Source: an uncultured virus (IMG/VR IMGVR_UViG_2865147665_000001)
Lineage: Duplodnaviria; Heunggongvirae; Uroviricota; Caudoviricetes
IMG/VR virus record: IMGVR_UViG_2865147665_000001
Location: 1-64,000 of that record
Reading direction: 5' to 3' (one strand)
DNA: 64,000 bases
Below are positions 19,941 through 29,930 of the stretch, piece by piece. A model generated the notes under the pieces. It saw nothing but the letters and a program-made list of their open reading frames with translations, had not been told where the DNA came from and ran no database searches. Position 1 is the first letter of the stretch, and every line of letters begins with the position of its first letter. The position numbers and the translations under genes are program-made.

Positions 19941-21452
19941 TCACGCCACACGGCCCCTCCGCTTCTTCACCACCGGCTCCATCTCCAGCCCCCGCACCGC
20001 CAGAGTCACCGCCCGCAACGGCTCCACCCGAACCTCCCCGAACGCCTGCCACGTCCACGCCGACTTACTGGTCCCCACCAGGCGTCGCCGGGCCGTATGC
20101 GCCGCATCATCCAACAGCGGATGCTCACCGTGGAGCACCGACGGGGCAGGGAACCCGTCCTCATCGCGTCGGACAAGCATGTCGTACAAGGTCGCCGTCC
20201 CCGACGTGATGTCACGAGTCGACGCCAGCGACACCGGCACACCAGCCTCCGACAACCGCGGCGCCAACGCCGCCGTCCCAGAGAAAGAATCGATGACCAC
20301 CCCGGCGTACGGCTTGTGCTTCTTCACCACGCGGGCGACCTCGTCCTGGACCCATGCCACCCCAGGCTTCGCAGCGATAATGTCGACCACGACCCGGCCA
20401 TCGACAAGCTCGGCAGCACCAGCGAGGACCGCCAGATCCCGATCCGGCGTGACCTCCAACGCCAAGGACCGACGCTTCACCTTCGTACCAATGAGCGCCT
20501 CCGGCGTGGCAAAACTGCGACCCCACAAGTCCACACCAATCGCGGCGTCGGTGCTGGCATCGGCCCAGATGCCGAGACGCTCACGCTTGTACGACTCCTC
20601 ATCCATCACCCCCAGCTCAGTCTCACTGATCCACTCCCACGTCTGCAGGTAGCCCAGCGACGGGTTCGACTGCTGCACCGCGTCCACAGACCGCCAATCA
20701 CCACGAGGATCAGCCGACCACTCGAAATACGCGAGATGCTTGTTGTCCTCCGGGTGCTCCACCGCCTTCTCACGCACATTCAGCAGCGTCTCCGAGTAGT
20801 CAAAACCCGTCGAAGACGTGTACCAAACCTGCGGCGACGGCCTAGACGACAGCGTCGGAAGAAGATCCGACACCAGCGTCGCCGACAGTGCGAACGCCTC
20901 ATCCAGGATCACACAGTCACCCTGCAGGCCACGCCCATTCGACCGCGACGACCGGGCCAGGAAATCCAGCCGCCGCCCGTCCTTCAAGATAATCGCCGTC
21001 TCCTTCGAATCCGGCATCTTCTTCACCTTCGCCAGCATCCACGGCGTGGCCTCAATGATCTTCTTGAGCTCCTCGTACTCGTTGTGCGCCGTGCGGAAAA
21101 GGTGCGCGGTATGCACCAGGCGCTCCTCACCCAACAGGAACAGTCCTGCGAGCAGGCGCGCCCGGACGATGAAGTTCTTCCCGTTCTGCCGCGGCACCAC
21201 CAACCCGACCTGGAACGCCTGGAACTTGTCCGTGACCGGGTCCGCGGCCATCGCGTTGTTCAGCACCAACTGCTGCCACGGCAGAAGGTCCATGCCGACC
21301 ACCGCCGCCAGGTCCGTGATGTCCTCCCCCACGCTGTACGTCCACTCCGGCGCGTGGAAAACCTGCGGAACCTGGTTGCCCACCGGGGAGGTCCGCGGCT
21401 CCATCAGCGACCCCGGCACCACCAACCGCGGATCTGCGGCCGACGCAGTCAC
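19941..21452 (-). CDS. Terminase large subunit
   Basis: VPRQNGKN Walker A, VILDEA Walker B, YKRERLGIW. Confidence 0.95.
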   Translation of the reverse strand: MTASAADPRLVVPGSLMEPRTSPVGNQVPQVFHAPEWTYSVGEDITDLAAVVGMDLLPWQQLVLNNAMAADPVTDKFQAFQVGLVVPRQNGKNFIVRARLLAGLFLLGEERLVHTAHLFRTAHNEYEELKKIIEATPWMLAKVKKMPDSKETAIILKDGRRLDFLARSSRSNGRGLQGDCVILDEAFALSATLVSDLLPTLSSRPSPQVWYTSSTGFDYSETLLNVREKAVEHPEDNKHLAYFEWSADPRGDWRSVDAVQQSNPSLGYLQTWEWISETELGVMDEESYKRERLGIWADASTDAAIGVDLWGRSFATPEALIGTKVKRRSLALEVTPDRDLAVLAGAAELVDGRVVVDIIAAKPGVAWVQDEVARVVKKHKPYAGVVIDSFSGTAALAPRLSEAGVPVSLASTRDITSGTATLYDMLVRRDEDGFPAPSVLHGEHPLLDDAAHTARRRLVGTSKSAWTWQAFGEVRVEPLRAVTLAVRGLEMEPVVKKRRGRVA

Positions 21453-22096
21453 TCCCCAGCCTCCCGGGCAGCCTTCGCCGCCGCCGCACGCCGCGCAGCG
21501 CGCTTCTCCGCCAACTGGTCCTCCACCGACGGGCCATCAGACTTCGCCTCGGCCTGTTTCAGCACACCGATCTTGTTCAGCGCTGTTGCCACCGCCGCCT
21601 GCATCTGCCGCGCCTCCCCGATCATGTTGTTCACCACCACCTGGACCTGCACATCCCCGGTGCGCAGCTCCTCCGGCTCCCCCAGCTCGAACCACAACGT
21701 CGACTGCACCGACAGCGCGGCCGAGAAGCGTTCCAACCGGTCGCGCATCCGGCACGCCTCCCCGAGGACCACCTTCGCACCCGCGTCCAGGTCGTAGGCG
21801 CCCGTGATCTCATCCCACAGAGCACGGCCCTGACGCTTCAAGAACGCCGGACGATCACCCTCCTGGCCCACCGGCGGCCCGTCGACCACCACCGCCGCAG
21901 CAGCCTCCTGCCGCTCCCACTTCTTCGCCCGAGACTCACCCCGCGGACGAATCTCACCCGCCCGACGAGCACGCTCATGCTCCCGATGAGCAGCCCGGCA
22001 CGCCTCACACGTCTGCTCCCCACGCTTGATGTGCTGCCGGTACCCGGCCGTCGTCCCGCACTGCTTCCGGGCCACCGCCGGCTTCTTCTCCGCCAT
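21449..22096 (-). CDS. Terminase small subunit with N-terminal Cys/His motif
   Basis: GRALWDEI...LGEACRMRDRLE motif; upstream of terL. Confidence 0.75.
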   Translation of the reverse strand: MAEKKPAVARKQCGTTAGYRQHIKRGEQTCEACRAAHREHERARRAGEIRPRGESRAKKWERQEAAAAVVVDGPPVGQEGDRPAFLKRQGRALWDEITGAYDLDAGAKVVLGEACRMRDRLERFSAALSVQSTLWFELGEPEELRTGDVQVQVVVNNMIGEARQMQAAVATALNKIGVLKQAEAKSDGPSVEDQLAEKRAARRAAAAKAAREAGE

Positions 22097-22455
22097 GCGC
22101 AGCACGATAGAAGCCCCCGGTGGAACCCCGGTGGAACTCGACGGCCAGTAGAAATCGGCAGGTAGCGGCACCGGACGGGGCGAGACTGCGTCTCGATTCT
22201 AGACGGTGTTCGAATAGTTCCACCGGCAGCAGGTTGGAACCGCTGGTAGCTGGCCGGTCGTGGGCGCGGATACCAATACCGGTAGGTGGGGGGCTCTGGG
22301 TGGGAGGGGAGGCACCCCCCAGGGCTTCAAGTGTGCAGTCGAACAGGGGCGAACGAGTGTGCGAGTGGTCGAGGGTGTGGCGTGCGGTTCGCATGGTTTT
22401 TCCGTTTCGTCGTGGTTGCGTGTGGTGTGCTGGTGGGTGGTGTGGGGTCTGGGGG

Positions 22456-22743
22456 TCACCAGTCGAGGAGGGTGGTGGCGTGTTTGATTGCGCTGCGTCC
22501 GTCACTGCGCTGGCTGTTGCATTGTCTGTGTGCTGGTCGTGCTTCGCCGTGTGCTTCGTCGCCGCCGCGTCCGACTGGTACGACGTGGTCGAGGGAGAAG
22601 GCCCGGTCGTGGTCGACGGGGAGGGTCATGTCGATGGGGTCACCGCAGAGCCAGCAGACAGCGAGGGTTGGGTCGTGTTCGAGGCGGCGGCGTTCCCTGG
22701 CGACGCGACGCCGCCATGTGGTGGAGCGTTCGCGTTGTGCCAT
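22456..22743 (-). CDS. HNH endonuclease (packaging-associated)
   Basis: CWLCG...SLDHVVP...AHRQCNSQR. Confidence 0.9.
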   Translation of the reverse strand: MAQRERSTTWRRRVARERRRLEHDPTLAVCWLCGDPIDMTLPVDHDRAFSLDHVVPVGRGGDEAHGEARPAHRQCNSQRSDGRSAIKHATTLLDW

Positions 22744-22745
22744 TG

Positions 22746-22961
22746 TCAGTCGTCCTCGTCATCGTGGGGGGTGGGGAGGCAGTCGAGGGTGAGGGACTGT
22801 TGTGCCAGGGCGATCATCCCGGCCTTGATCATCATGGGGACGGGGCGTGTGGCGGATTCGTGGTTGGTCCACACTTCGGTGGTGGCGAGGTCACCGTCCT
22901 GGTCGAGGCCGTAGGTGACGGTGTAGGTGGCGATGGGTGCGATGATCTCCGGGTGGTCCAT
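22746..22961 (-). CDS. Hypothetical protein
   Basis: AAGGA RBS before MDHPEII; abuts the HNH gene. Confidence 0.5.
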   Translation of the reverse strand: MDHPEIIAPIATYTVTYGLDQDGDLATTEVWTNHESATRPVPMMIKAGMIALAQQSLTLDCLPTPHDDEDD

Positions 22962-23092
22962 GGCTAGTCCTTGTGGGTGTGGTGGTAGGCCCACTCTGCG
23001 AGGAGGGTGAGGGGGAATCCTGCGGCGAGGGTGCCGAGGATGATGAGGGGTCCGTCGAGTTCTCCGAGGAGCATGGTGTGAGCATGACAAAG

Positions 23093-23128
23093 CCCCCACC
23101 GTCACCCGTGAAGGGCGACAGTGGGGGC
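23093..23128 (-). terminator. Hairpin downstream of the lipoprotein gene
   Basis: gcccccac...gtgggggc stem, then TTT on the minus strand. Confidence 0.5.
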
Positions 23129-23142
23129 GAGAGTGGGAGGGG

Positions 23143-23655
23143 TTAGTCTCCGGCGCAGGCGACTCCGTCGTTGTCTCGGTCGAGGTGATCGCCCCAGCCG
23201 TAGTCGCCGGGGTGGATGGGGGCCGCTCCGGCGTTGCGTACGGCGGTGCAGTTCTGGTACTGGAATCCCGAGGTGTCGGCGGGTTGTTCCACGACAGGGG
23301 CCGGGTCCGGGGTGTACGCGGGCTCGGGCGCCGGCGCCGGAGTGTAGGCGGGTTCCGGGTCGGGCGTGTACGCGGGCACCGGGTCGGGGATGTGGCGGGG
23401 GGCGTCCACGTCGACGTGCGTGTCGTCGTCGTCACCGGGGATGATCACTGCTGCGGCGGGTTCCTCGGTGGTGGGCAGTGGTGCGTCACTGGTGGTGCGC
23501 GCAGTCGTGGTGGTGGTCTTGCTGGTCGTCGTCGCTGCACGACTGGTCGAGGTCGCCGTCGTTGTGGTCGAGGTCTCGTTGTCGTCTGACCCGCAGGCGG
23601 TGAGGGTCAGTGACAGGGCGGCGGCAGTCGCCAGGATTAGTGCTTTGCGGTGCAT
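23143..23655 (-). CDS. Lipoprotein with Thr/Pro-rich linker and excalibur Ca-binding domain
   Basis: Lipobox LTLTAC; YQNCTAVRNAGAAPI...HLDRDNDGVAC. Confidence 0.9.
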   Translation of the reverse strand: MHRKALILATAAALSLTLTACGSDDNETSTTTTATSTSRAATTTSKTTTTTARTTSDAPLPTTEEPAAAVIIPGDDDDTHVDVDAPRHIPDPVPAYTPDPEPAYTPAPAPEPAYTPDPAPVVEQPADTSGFQYQNCTAVRNAGAAPIHPGDYGWGDHLDRDNDGVACAGD

Positions 23656-24074
23656 GTGGTCTTTTCTCCTCATGGGTGTGACCCGATCTAGTCACTGGGA
23701 GAAATGTAGGGCACACTACTCACCTCTTCAACAGGTGGGGGTAAGTGCGGGGTTAGAACCAAATGACTTCGCGCTCATTCCCCCGCCTCCCGCGATGCTC
23801 GTGGTCATGTCAGTACCTCCAGGTCTGGTGGGCGGTGTGTCGTGGGTGTCCGGTGAGCCAGCGGGCGATCCGGGCACGCCACGAGCGGGGCCGGCGGATT
23901 GGTTGCGGGCGGAACATGGGGCGGGTCATTGTTCGATCACTTCCAGGAGGTGGTCGTCGGTGATGGTCTGGAGTGCGCAGGTGACGGCGTCGTCCCGGTG
24001 CAGGCAGCACACGGGAACTTCGAAGCGGACGAGGAAGTCCCGGGGTTCGGGGACGAGGTCGTGGACAGGATCGG

Positions 24075-24269
24075 TCATCGTGCACCCCCTGCTGCCAGCC
24101 AGTCGTCCAGGGCTGATTTCGGCATGGCGCCGATGTTGACCGGGGTATGCGGGCGGGCATGGGCGCGGCACTCGGCGCACAGGGTCGTGTCCGGGTGCCT
24201 GGTGCTGGTGTCCTTGCCGCATTTGGTGCAGGTGATGTTCCGGCGGCCACGACGGATACGGGTGGTCAT
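24075..24269 (-). CDS. Small Zn-finger protein
   Basis: CTKC and CAEC pairs. Confidence 0.55.
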   Translation of the reverse strand: MTTRIRRGRRNITCTKCGKDTSTRHPDTTLCAECRAHARPHTPVNIGAMPKSALDDWLAAGGAR

Positions 24270-24676
24270 GCGTCCACCTCCTCACGGAGAGCGGTGATGA
24301 TGTCTGGCTCGCGCAGGGTGGTGAGGGCGGTGATCGCCTCGTCGACGGTGTAGTCGTCGTCTCGGTTGATCTCCCGGAGAAGGTCGAGGACCACCTCGTA
24401 GGCGGTGTCCTCGTTCATGATGAGTTCCCGCCCGTCGAGGTCTCCGTACTCGCGGAGTTTGTCAGAGACGAGTGTGTCGATGTGCGATTGGATGCGCTGC
24501 GCCCGGGTGAGGTTCGTCCCTCTCACGGGGTGGCTTTTCAGCTCCGGGTCGGTTTTCGATGCTTGGTAGGTGGCTTCGAGGTGCGCTTGGGCTTCTTCCG
24601 GGGTGGTGAAGACAGCGTCGCAGGTCATGCAGTGGCCGTAGGGGCCGGGTCGCTGGTCGAATCGGGTAGTGGTCAT
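24266..24676 (-). CDS. Hypothetical phage protein
   Basis: AGGAG RBS; coupled to neighbours. Confidence 0.6.
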   Translation of the reverse strand: MTTTRFDQRPGPYGHCMTCDAVFTTPEEAQAHLEATYQASKTDPELKSHPVRGTNLTRAQRIQSHIDTLVSDKLREYGDLDGRELIMNEDTAYEVVLDLLREINRDDDYTVDEAITALTTLREPDIITALREEVDA

Positions 24677-24685
24677 GGTGGTCTC

Positions 24686-25060
24686 CTATTCGTAGCGGTC
24701 TGGTTGTGGTTCCCCAGTGAGGAGGAACACCAAATCGGAGAGGGTCATGGTGGCCCACTGTTGGGCGGGGTCTGCGACGCCGTGGCGCTTGTGGACGACC
24801 AGGCCGACGGCGGCGTCATCGTTGCCCGCTTCGGTGTGCGCTTCTGTGATCCAGCCGGCGAGATTCGGCCGGGCGGTGTTCTTGCATTCGATGACGACGC
24901 GGTGGCCCCGGTGGCGGACGCCGGTGATGTCACCCCTGTCTTTCGCCCCGGTTTTGGCCCTGCGGTCGATGCGGTCGTCGACGCGGGTGGCGAGGAAGTC
25001 AGCGACTTCCCGCTCGAAGCGGGCCCCGGCGGCTTTCGCGGATTTTCGATTGCGGGTCAC
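24686..25060 (-). CDS. Holliday junction resolvase (PD-(D/E)xK)
   Basis: GARFEREV...DRGDI...VIECKN. Confidence 0.82.
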   Translation of the reverse strand: MTRNRKSAKAAGARFEREVADFLATRVDDRIDRRAKTGAKDRGDITGVRHRGHRVVIECKNTARPNLAGWITEAHTEAGNDDAAVGLVVHKRHGVADPAQQWATMTLSDLVFLLTGEPQPDRYE

Positions 25061-25257
25061 TGGAATACCTCCTTGTATGGGACTTCGTCGCTTCTGGTCT
25101 CGGCGAGTCCGAAGCCGGAGATGAGGGAGATTCCGCTGTTGGAGAGTGAAAAATGGTCTCCGGTGAGGGCGTTGGGGAATGTGGCCTTGGAGGTTTCAAG
25201 CAGATCTGCTTTTATGCAGGCCTGACAGGGGATGCAGGTGCAGTGATCGTTCTTCAT
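25057..25257 (-). CDS. Hypothetical protein
   Basis: GGAG RBS before MKNDHCTC; coupled. Confidence 0.45.
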   Translation of the reverse strand: MKNDHCTCIPCQACIKADLLETSKATFPNALTGDHFSLSNSGISLISGFGLAETRSDEVPYKEVFQ

Positions 25258-25483
25258 AGGGGGATCTCCATTTGTGCTCCTGGGAGGTGATTCCGCCCGG
25301 TGGTGGTGAGCGTCCACCGCCAGTAGTCGGGGCAGGCGGTGGATGTGCACACGTGCGGTGGCCGGTCGTGGCAGGCGGGGACGATGAGTCCGGTGTCGGT
25401 GAGGTCGCGGGCGAGCCACGGTCTTGTGGTGGTGCCGGTGGTGGCGATCTCCTGGAGGCACGCCCGGTCCATCGGGAGCATCC

Positions 25484-26134
25484 TCATGCTGCTGCCTGTG
25501 TGGCGAGGGATTCCCACAGGTCGCGGAAGGCCCGCTCCCACTTCTTGGACTCGTGGTACCGCCCGGTGAGGAGGTTGTAGAGGTGGCCGGTGCTGATTCC
25601 CACGGCGTCAGCGACCTGCTTCTGCGAGCCCATGCGGTCGACGAGGGCTTTTAGCAGGTCTTGGAGGGCGCCTTCGGTGACGGCGGGGTTTTCGTCGGGG
25701 TTGTCGATGTCATCCCATGCTGCGGGTGGGAACCATCCGTTGGCGGTGGCTTCGGGTGTGGGGCCGGTGTCTCGGATGCGCCCGCCGGTGTGCTCATCAA
25801 CCCAGTCGTACAAGCGTACGATTCGGCGGCTGGTGGTGGGGGATTTGATCGCACTGTGTGGGTCGGTGGACCAGGTGGTGACGTCGGAGACGTTGGCCTG
25901 GATTTTCTTGGCGATCCACTCGGGCGTGTAGCCCTGGGCTTGGAGTGCTCGGAGGCGTCGTCGGAGTGCCCAGGGCGGTCGGACTAGGTGCATGTCGCGG
26001 AGCATTTGGGCGTGCCAGTTGGCTTCGTCCATGGCGCGGTGCCAGGTGGGCCAGTCGGTGGGCCATGATCCGGGTGGGGAGCACACCCACAGGCGGGTCC
26101 GATGGTCGTAGTGGACGGTGATTCTCGTGTCCAT
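25484..26134 (-). CDS. HTH DNA-binding protein
   Basis: RRLRALQAQGY, WFPPAAWDDID and SQKQVADAVGIS motifs. Confidence 0.7.
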   Translation of the reverse strand: MDTRITVHYDHRTRLWVCSPPGSWPTDWPTWHRAMDEANWHAQMLRDMHLVRPPWALRRRLRALQAQGYTPEWIAKKIQANVSDVTTWSTDPHSAIKSPTTSRRIVRLYDWVDEHTGGRIRDTGPTPEATANGWFPPAAWDDIDNPDENPAVTEGALQDLLKALVDRMGSQKQVADAVGISTGHLYNLLTGRYHESKKWERAFRDLWESLATQAAA

Positions 26135-26577
26135 TAGTGGACTCCTGTGCTGCCGAGTCCGGCGGTCCCCCGGGTGGTGTCCTGGTCGAGGTTGTCGGCT
26201 TCGGTGAGGATGACGTGTGGGACTTCTTTGACGACGAGTTGGGCGATGCGGTCGCCTTCCTCCCAGGTCCAGGGCTCGTGCCCGTGGTTGATGAGGATGG
26301 CGCGGATCTCACCCCGGTAGCCGGCGTCGATGGTGCCCGGGGTGTTGAGGACGGTCACGCCGTGGTTGGCTGCACCTCCGGAGCGGGGGCGGATTTGTGC
26401 TTCCCAGCCTTTGGGGAGGGCGAGGCGGATGCCGGTGGGGATGGGTGCCCATTCGCCGGGTTGGAGGATGCCGGTGGTGGCTGCGCGGAGGTCGATGCCG
26501 GCGTCGTCGGGGTGTGCTTTGGTTGGCCGGTGCAGGTGCGCGTAGGCGGGTCTCGTCAGTTGGTAGTTGATTCTCAT
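26134..26577 (-). CDS. dut: dUTPase
   Basis: AGIDL, RPRSG, GTIDAGYRGE, RIAQLV, RGTAGLGSTG. Confidence 0.95.
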   Translation of the reverse strand: MRINYQLTRPAYAHLHRPTKAHPDDAGIDLRAATTGILQPGEWAPIPTGIRLALPKGWEAQIRPRSGGAANHGVTVLNTPGTIDAGYRGEIRAILINHGHEPWTWEEGDRIAQLVVKEVPHVILTEADNLDQDTTRGTAGLGSTGVH

Positions 26578-26651
26578 GGTTCCTCGATTCGAGAGTGTGT
26601 TCGTTTTTCGTGTGGTGTGTGGTGTGCGACGAGTGCACGAAACCGGGGTTT

Positions 26652-27098
26652 TCACGGGTCGAAGAGGGCAAGTTGGACTCCTTGCCCACAGGACAGGATT
26701 TCGGCCGCGAGAGCCCCCAGCGGGCGCCGATTTGGCCACACCGGGTGCCGACGCTCGAACTCCAGCCGGGCGTGAGCCTCCAGGATCTCCTCCCACGCCT
26801 CCGACCGGACATGCGTGAAAGTCCCCCGCGTCACATGCCACAGCAGGTCCTTCGACAGGCCCGTGCGCCTGGCCAGGCCCCTGATCGACTCCCCCTCCCG
26901 GCGCATGTCCGCGACCAGTTCCTGCGCCTGAGCCACCGGATGCTCCCGCACCGTCGGGTCCATCCCCTCCCCGATCGTCCCCTGGGCGAGCTGGCGATTG
27001 TGCTCGTCGCACAAGCCCAGGCCCACCTGGTCCGGGTCACTGCGCGGCCGGGGGCAGCCGACTCGCAGACACCGGCGTGGCGGATCAGTCATGCCCAT
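26652..27098 (-). CDS. Zn-finger + HTH protein
   Basis: CLRVGC...LCDEH; SIRGLARRTGLS. Confidence 0.6.
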   Translation of the reverse strand: MGMTDPPRRCLRVGCPRPRSDPDQVGLGLCDEHNRQLAQGTIGEGMDPTVREHPVAQAQELVADMRREGESIRGLARRTGLSKDLLWHVTRGTFTHVRSEAWEEILEAHARLEFERRHPVWPNRRPLGALAAEILSCGQGVQLALFDP

Positions 27099-27231
27099 CA
27101 CCCGGCGGTTCGGTGGTGTCGAGCAGGGCCCGGACACGGGCGTGCTCCTCATCCCGCGCTTTGGCCCTGGCCTTGGCCCGTTCTGCGATTCCGGCGCGGG
27201 CTTGCGCCCACCTGGCGGCGGTGTCCTCACC

Positions 27232-27269
27232 CTGTCTCTTCTACCCATCTAGTTGTGTCTCAGATCCAG
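27232..27269. other. Degenerate Nextera junction adapter remnant (artefact)
   Basis: ctgtctcttctacccatct-agttgtgtctcagatccag, 31/38 match to the junction adapter. Confidence 0.85.
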
Positions 27270-27561
27270 GCGCGTCACTTGTGGTTAGGTCCCGGCGCCG
27301 GGCGGGGTCGGCCTCCCACTGTGCGACGACCTGGCGGGCTGCGGTGATCAGGTCGTGTGGGGTGGGCGGGTCGGAGTGGGACACGGACCAGGTGATCACG
27401 GCGTCACGCCACACGGCGGCGGGGAGCATCATGTGGCCGCGCTCGAGGACCCTTGCCCATGCGGTGGTGATGTCGGGGTCTGGTTTCCGGCCGGTGGGGT
27501 AGATCGCCCGGATTTCGGCGAGGACGGCGGCGGCGATCTGCTCGTATGTGAGGGGGTTCAT
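27241..27561 (-). CDS. Helicase loader/inhibitor-like protein; 3' end obscured by the artefact
   Basis: Follows the initiator; TTAWARVL...PTPHDLI pattern. Confidence 0.5.
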   Translation of the reverse strand: MNPLTYEQIAAAVLAEIRAIYPTGRKPDPDITTAWARVLERGHMMLPAAVWRDAVITWSVSHSDPPTPHDLITAARQVVAQWEADPARRRDLTTSDAPGSETQLDG

Positions 27562-28418
27562 GTGAGCTCCTTGGTGTCGAGGACTTCGCCGTCGACGTAG
27601 TCCCACGGCGCTTCGGGCAGCCACTCCTGCGCGGTGTAGCCGTGGCGGTGTGACGGTTGCTGGGAGCGGTTGGCGGTGCCGGTGGTTTCTCCGGCGCGGC
27701 GGATCCAGTTGCGCCAGGTGGCGTCCCAGTCCTTTTTCGTGCCGCGCTGTCCGGTCACTCCGGCCCAGTAGTCGGTGAACTTCCTGGTTTCGTAGTCCAG
27801 GTCGACGCCGGGGCATTCTGCGGCCATCTGGGAGCGGAGGGCGGCTCCCGGTGACCACCCGTCGGGGATGCGGGTCCCTCGCTTCGGTGGTGGCTTCGGG
27901 GTGGGGGTTGGCGCCGTAGGCGCGTCCCCCTCAGGGGGACTACAGGGGGTTACTACTAGGTGGTCGGGACGGGTCGGGTCGGGACGGGTCGGGTCGGGGT
28001 GCCGGGACGGACGAAAATGTCCCTGGTCTTGTCCCCCGTCTTGTCCCCCGGGGACATTCTCACGTTTCCCCTGCTCACGGTCTTTTCGCTTGCGCCATTC
28101 CCGTTTCTTTTCGCGTTCTCTTTCCCGCGATTCAAGAATCTCTTTTCGGGACGGTTGCATGTCATTCCACCCATGAAACGCATACGATTTAGCACCAGAA
28201 TCGTCCTCCGATTCGAACCACAATCCGTGCTGAATCAGAGCTCGAGTCTGCGCCGGAGTGCCACCGAGAGCACGAACCTGCCGGGCCGGAATCACCCCAT
28301 CCGTGAGGTGCTTCGCACACCAGGTACCCGCCGTGATCCACAAGCCCCGGGCCGCCATCGACAGCCCCAGTACCTTCGGATGGTCGTAGAAACCGTCGTC
28401 AGCTTTGAACCATGTCAT
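27558..28418 (-). CDS. Phage replication initiator (RepA/O-like)
   Basis: WFKADDGFYDHPKV N-terminus, PDPTRPDPTR linker, KFTDYW...WDATWRNW C-terminus. Confidence 0.82.
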   Translation of the reverse strand: MTWFKADDGFYDHPKVLGLSMAARGLWITAGTWCAKHLTDGVIPARQVRALGGTPAQTRALIQHGLWFESEDDSGAKSYAFHGWNDMQPSRKEILESREREREKKREWRKRKDREQGKRENVPGGQDGGQDQGHFRPSRHPDPTRPDPTRPDHLVVTPCSPPEGDAPTAPTPTPKPPPKRGTRIPDGWSPGAALRSQMAAECPGVDLDYETRKFTDYWAGVTGQRGTKKDWDATWRNWIRRAGETTGTANRSQQPSHRHGYTAQEWLPEAPWDYVDGEVLDTKELT

Positions 28419-28609
28419 CCCTCCCTGTCCCCTCCTTCCTGTAACTGTGCGAGGATTCTCGCGATTGCTTGCGCCGCGGCGGCGGACAGGAAAAGAGGCC
28501 TACCGTGCTGGCAGACCTCGCACCCCATCCATCCGGCCACCCCGCGGGCGGTCATGTCATCAGCGTGACGGTGACTGCCACGACCAGGCCTGACGATCCG
28601 GACAGTCAT

Positions 28610-29080
28610 CTAGAACGGCGGTTCTTCCGGGCCCGCATTCCACGGGTCATCCGTGACCCCACCGCCGAATCCGCCCTGCTGCGCCTGTGGCTGCTGCTGG
28701 ACTCCCCCAGACCACCCGGACAACTGCTGGGACTGTGGCTTCACGGTGACCGCCACATCAGCCACGTAGCAGCAGTAGTTCCGGTACGTGGTCCCGTCCT
28801 TGCCCTGACGCTCCGACATGAAAGTTTCACCGGTGACGGTCACTTTCATGCCCTTACTGAGCTGCTGCGCCACGGCCTCAGGCTTGCCGTCCCTCTCCGA
28901 CCGCTGCGACACCGAGCACTCCGCGAATGTCGTGTCGAACTGCTCCCACTGGTTTGTCTGCTGGTTGAACCTGTTGCGCGAGAACGCGACGGTGAAGTAG
29001 CAGACTTTCCGGCCGCTGAACTCCCTGAGCGCCGGGTCCTTCGTGAGGTTTCCGGTGAACATGCTGGTCGCCAGCGCCAC
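28610..29080 (-). CDS. ssb: Single-stranded DNA-binding protein
   Basis: GNLTKDPALR; acidic EEPPF tail. Confidence 0.93.
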   Translation of the reverse strand: MALATSMFTGNLTKDPALREFSGRKVCYFTVAFSRNRFNQQTNQWEQFDTTFAECSVSQRSERDGKPEAVAQQLSKGMKVTVTGETFMSERQGKDGTTYRNYCCYVADVAVTVKPQSQQLSGWSGGVQQQPQAQQGGFGGGVTDDPWNAGPEEPPF

Positions 29081-29081
29081 G

Positions 29082-29918
29082 TCAGGCCTCCTCTGCGGTC
29101 AGGCCGAGGGCGGTTGCGCGCTGCGCGGCAAGATCCTGCAGGTGATCGAGCTGACCGGCGGTGAGTCCCTGGTTCGCTGCCCAGTTCAGGATCTTGTCCA
29201 GGGTCTCAGCATCACCGGCCGCTTCGATCCCCTCAGCGGCCTTGACCTGCGGATCATCCTGCACCGGCTCGGGCTTCTTCTTCGCCCGGTCCAGAGCCGA
29301 GCGGCCCTTCCTCGGCCGGTCCACCCGCTCCGCCGTCGCACGGACTGGGAGGGGTTCCAGCTCGAGGTCTTCGGCCGAGTATCGGATGCCGAGGAGGACG
29401 TCGGGGGCGATCTTGCGGGACACTTCGGACGCGGCCTTGGCGTACAGCATGCCCTGTGGGTCAGTCGTGTACTTCTTGTTGGACGTGTAGCCGGCCTTCG
29501 TGGCGCGGGCAATGTCCCACGTGGCTTCCTCGACCTCACCCCGGGGGCTGGTAGCGCGGACGGTGACCGACTCGTCGGAGGTGTCGACGGTCTCGAAGCG
29601 GTAGCCGCGGGCCTTGAGCAGGCCGACCATGGTGCGGGCATAGATGCTGGGCTGCCCGTGGACAACGAAGACCTGCTGTAGTGCCTGCTGGGGCTTCAGC
29701 CCCACTTCCGCTCCGTAAAGGATCGCGGCTGCCCCGTCGTCGGGTTTGCCACGGTAGGCCTGCGGGACCATGCCGGTCGAGCAGAGGACTGTGGCGATCT
29801 TGTGGGCTGCTCCGAGAGCCTCAGCCTGCTTCTGCAGCAGGGCGAGACCGTCGTCGGTGACGTCTGGGGTGACGATCTCTGCCTCATGGGCCTGGGTGGT
29901 GAGTTCTGTGCTGGTCAT
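29082..29918 (-). CDS. RecT-like single-strand annealing protein
   Basis: VPQAYRGKP...GAEVGL...VVHGQP and PDVLLGI motifs; next to exonuclease. Confidence 0.8.
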   Translation of the reverse strand: MTSTELTTQAHEAEIVTPDVTDDGLALLQKQAEALGAAHKIATVLCSTGMVPQAYRGKPDDGAAAILYGAEVGLKPQQALQQVFVVHGQPSIYARTMVGLLKARGYRFETVDTSDESVTVRATSPRGEVEEATWDIARATKAGYTSNKKYTTDPQGMLYAKAASEVSRKIAPDVLLGIRYSAEDLELEPLPVRATAERVDRPRKGRSALDRAKKKPEPVQDDPQVKAAEGIEAAGDAETLDKILNWAANQGLTAGQLDHLQDLAAQRATALGLTAEEA

Positions 29919-29930
29919 GCTGGTGTCCTT

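Noticed and set aside
19899..21797. Long plus-strand ORFs opposite terminase, capsid, tape measure and other genes
   Set aside because: Shadow ORFs of high-GC codon bias; Arg/Pro-rich with no motifs
27232..27290. Truncation of the gene downstream of the initiator
   Set aside because: Second degenerate Nextera junction adapter
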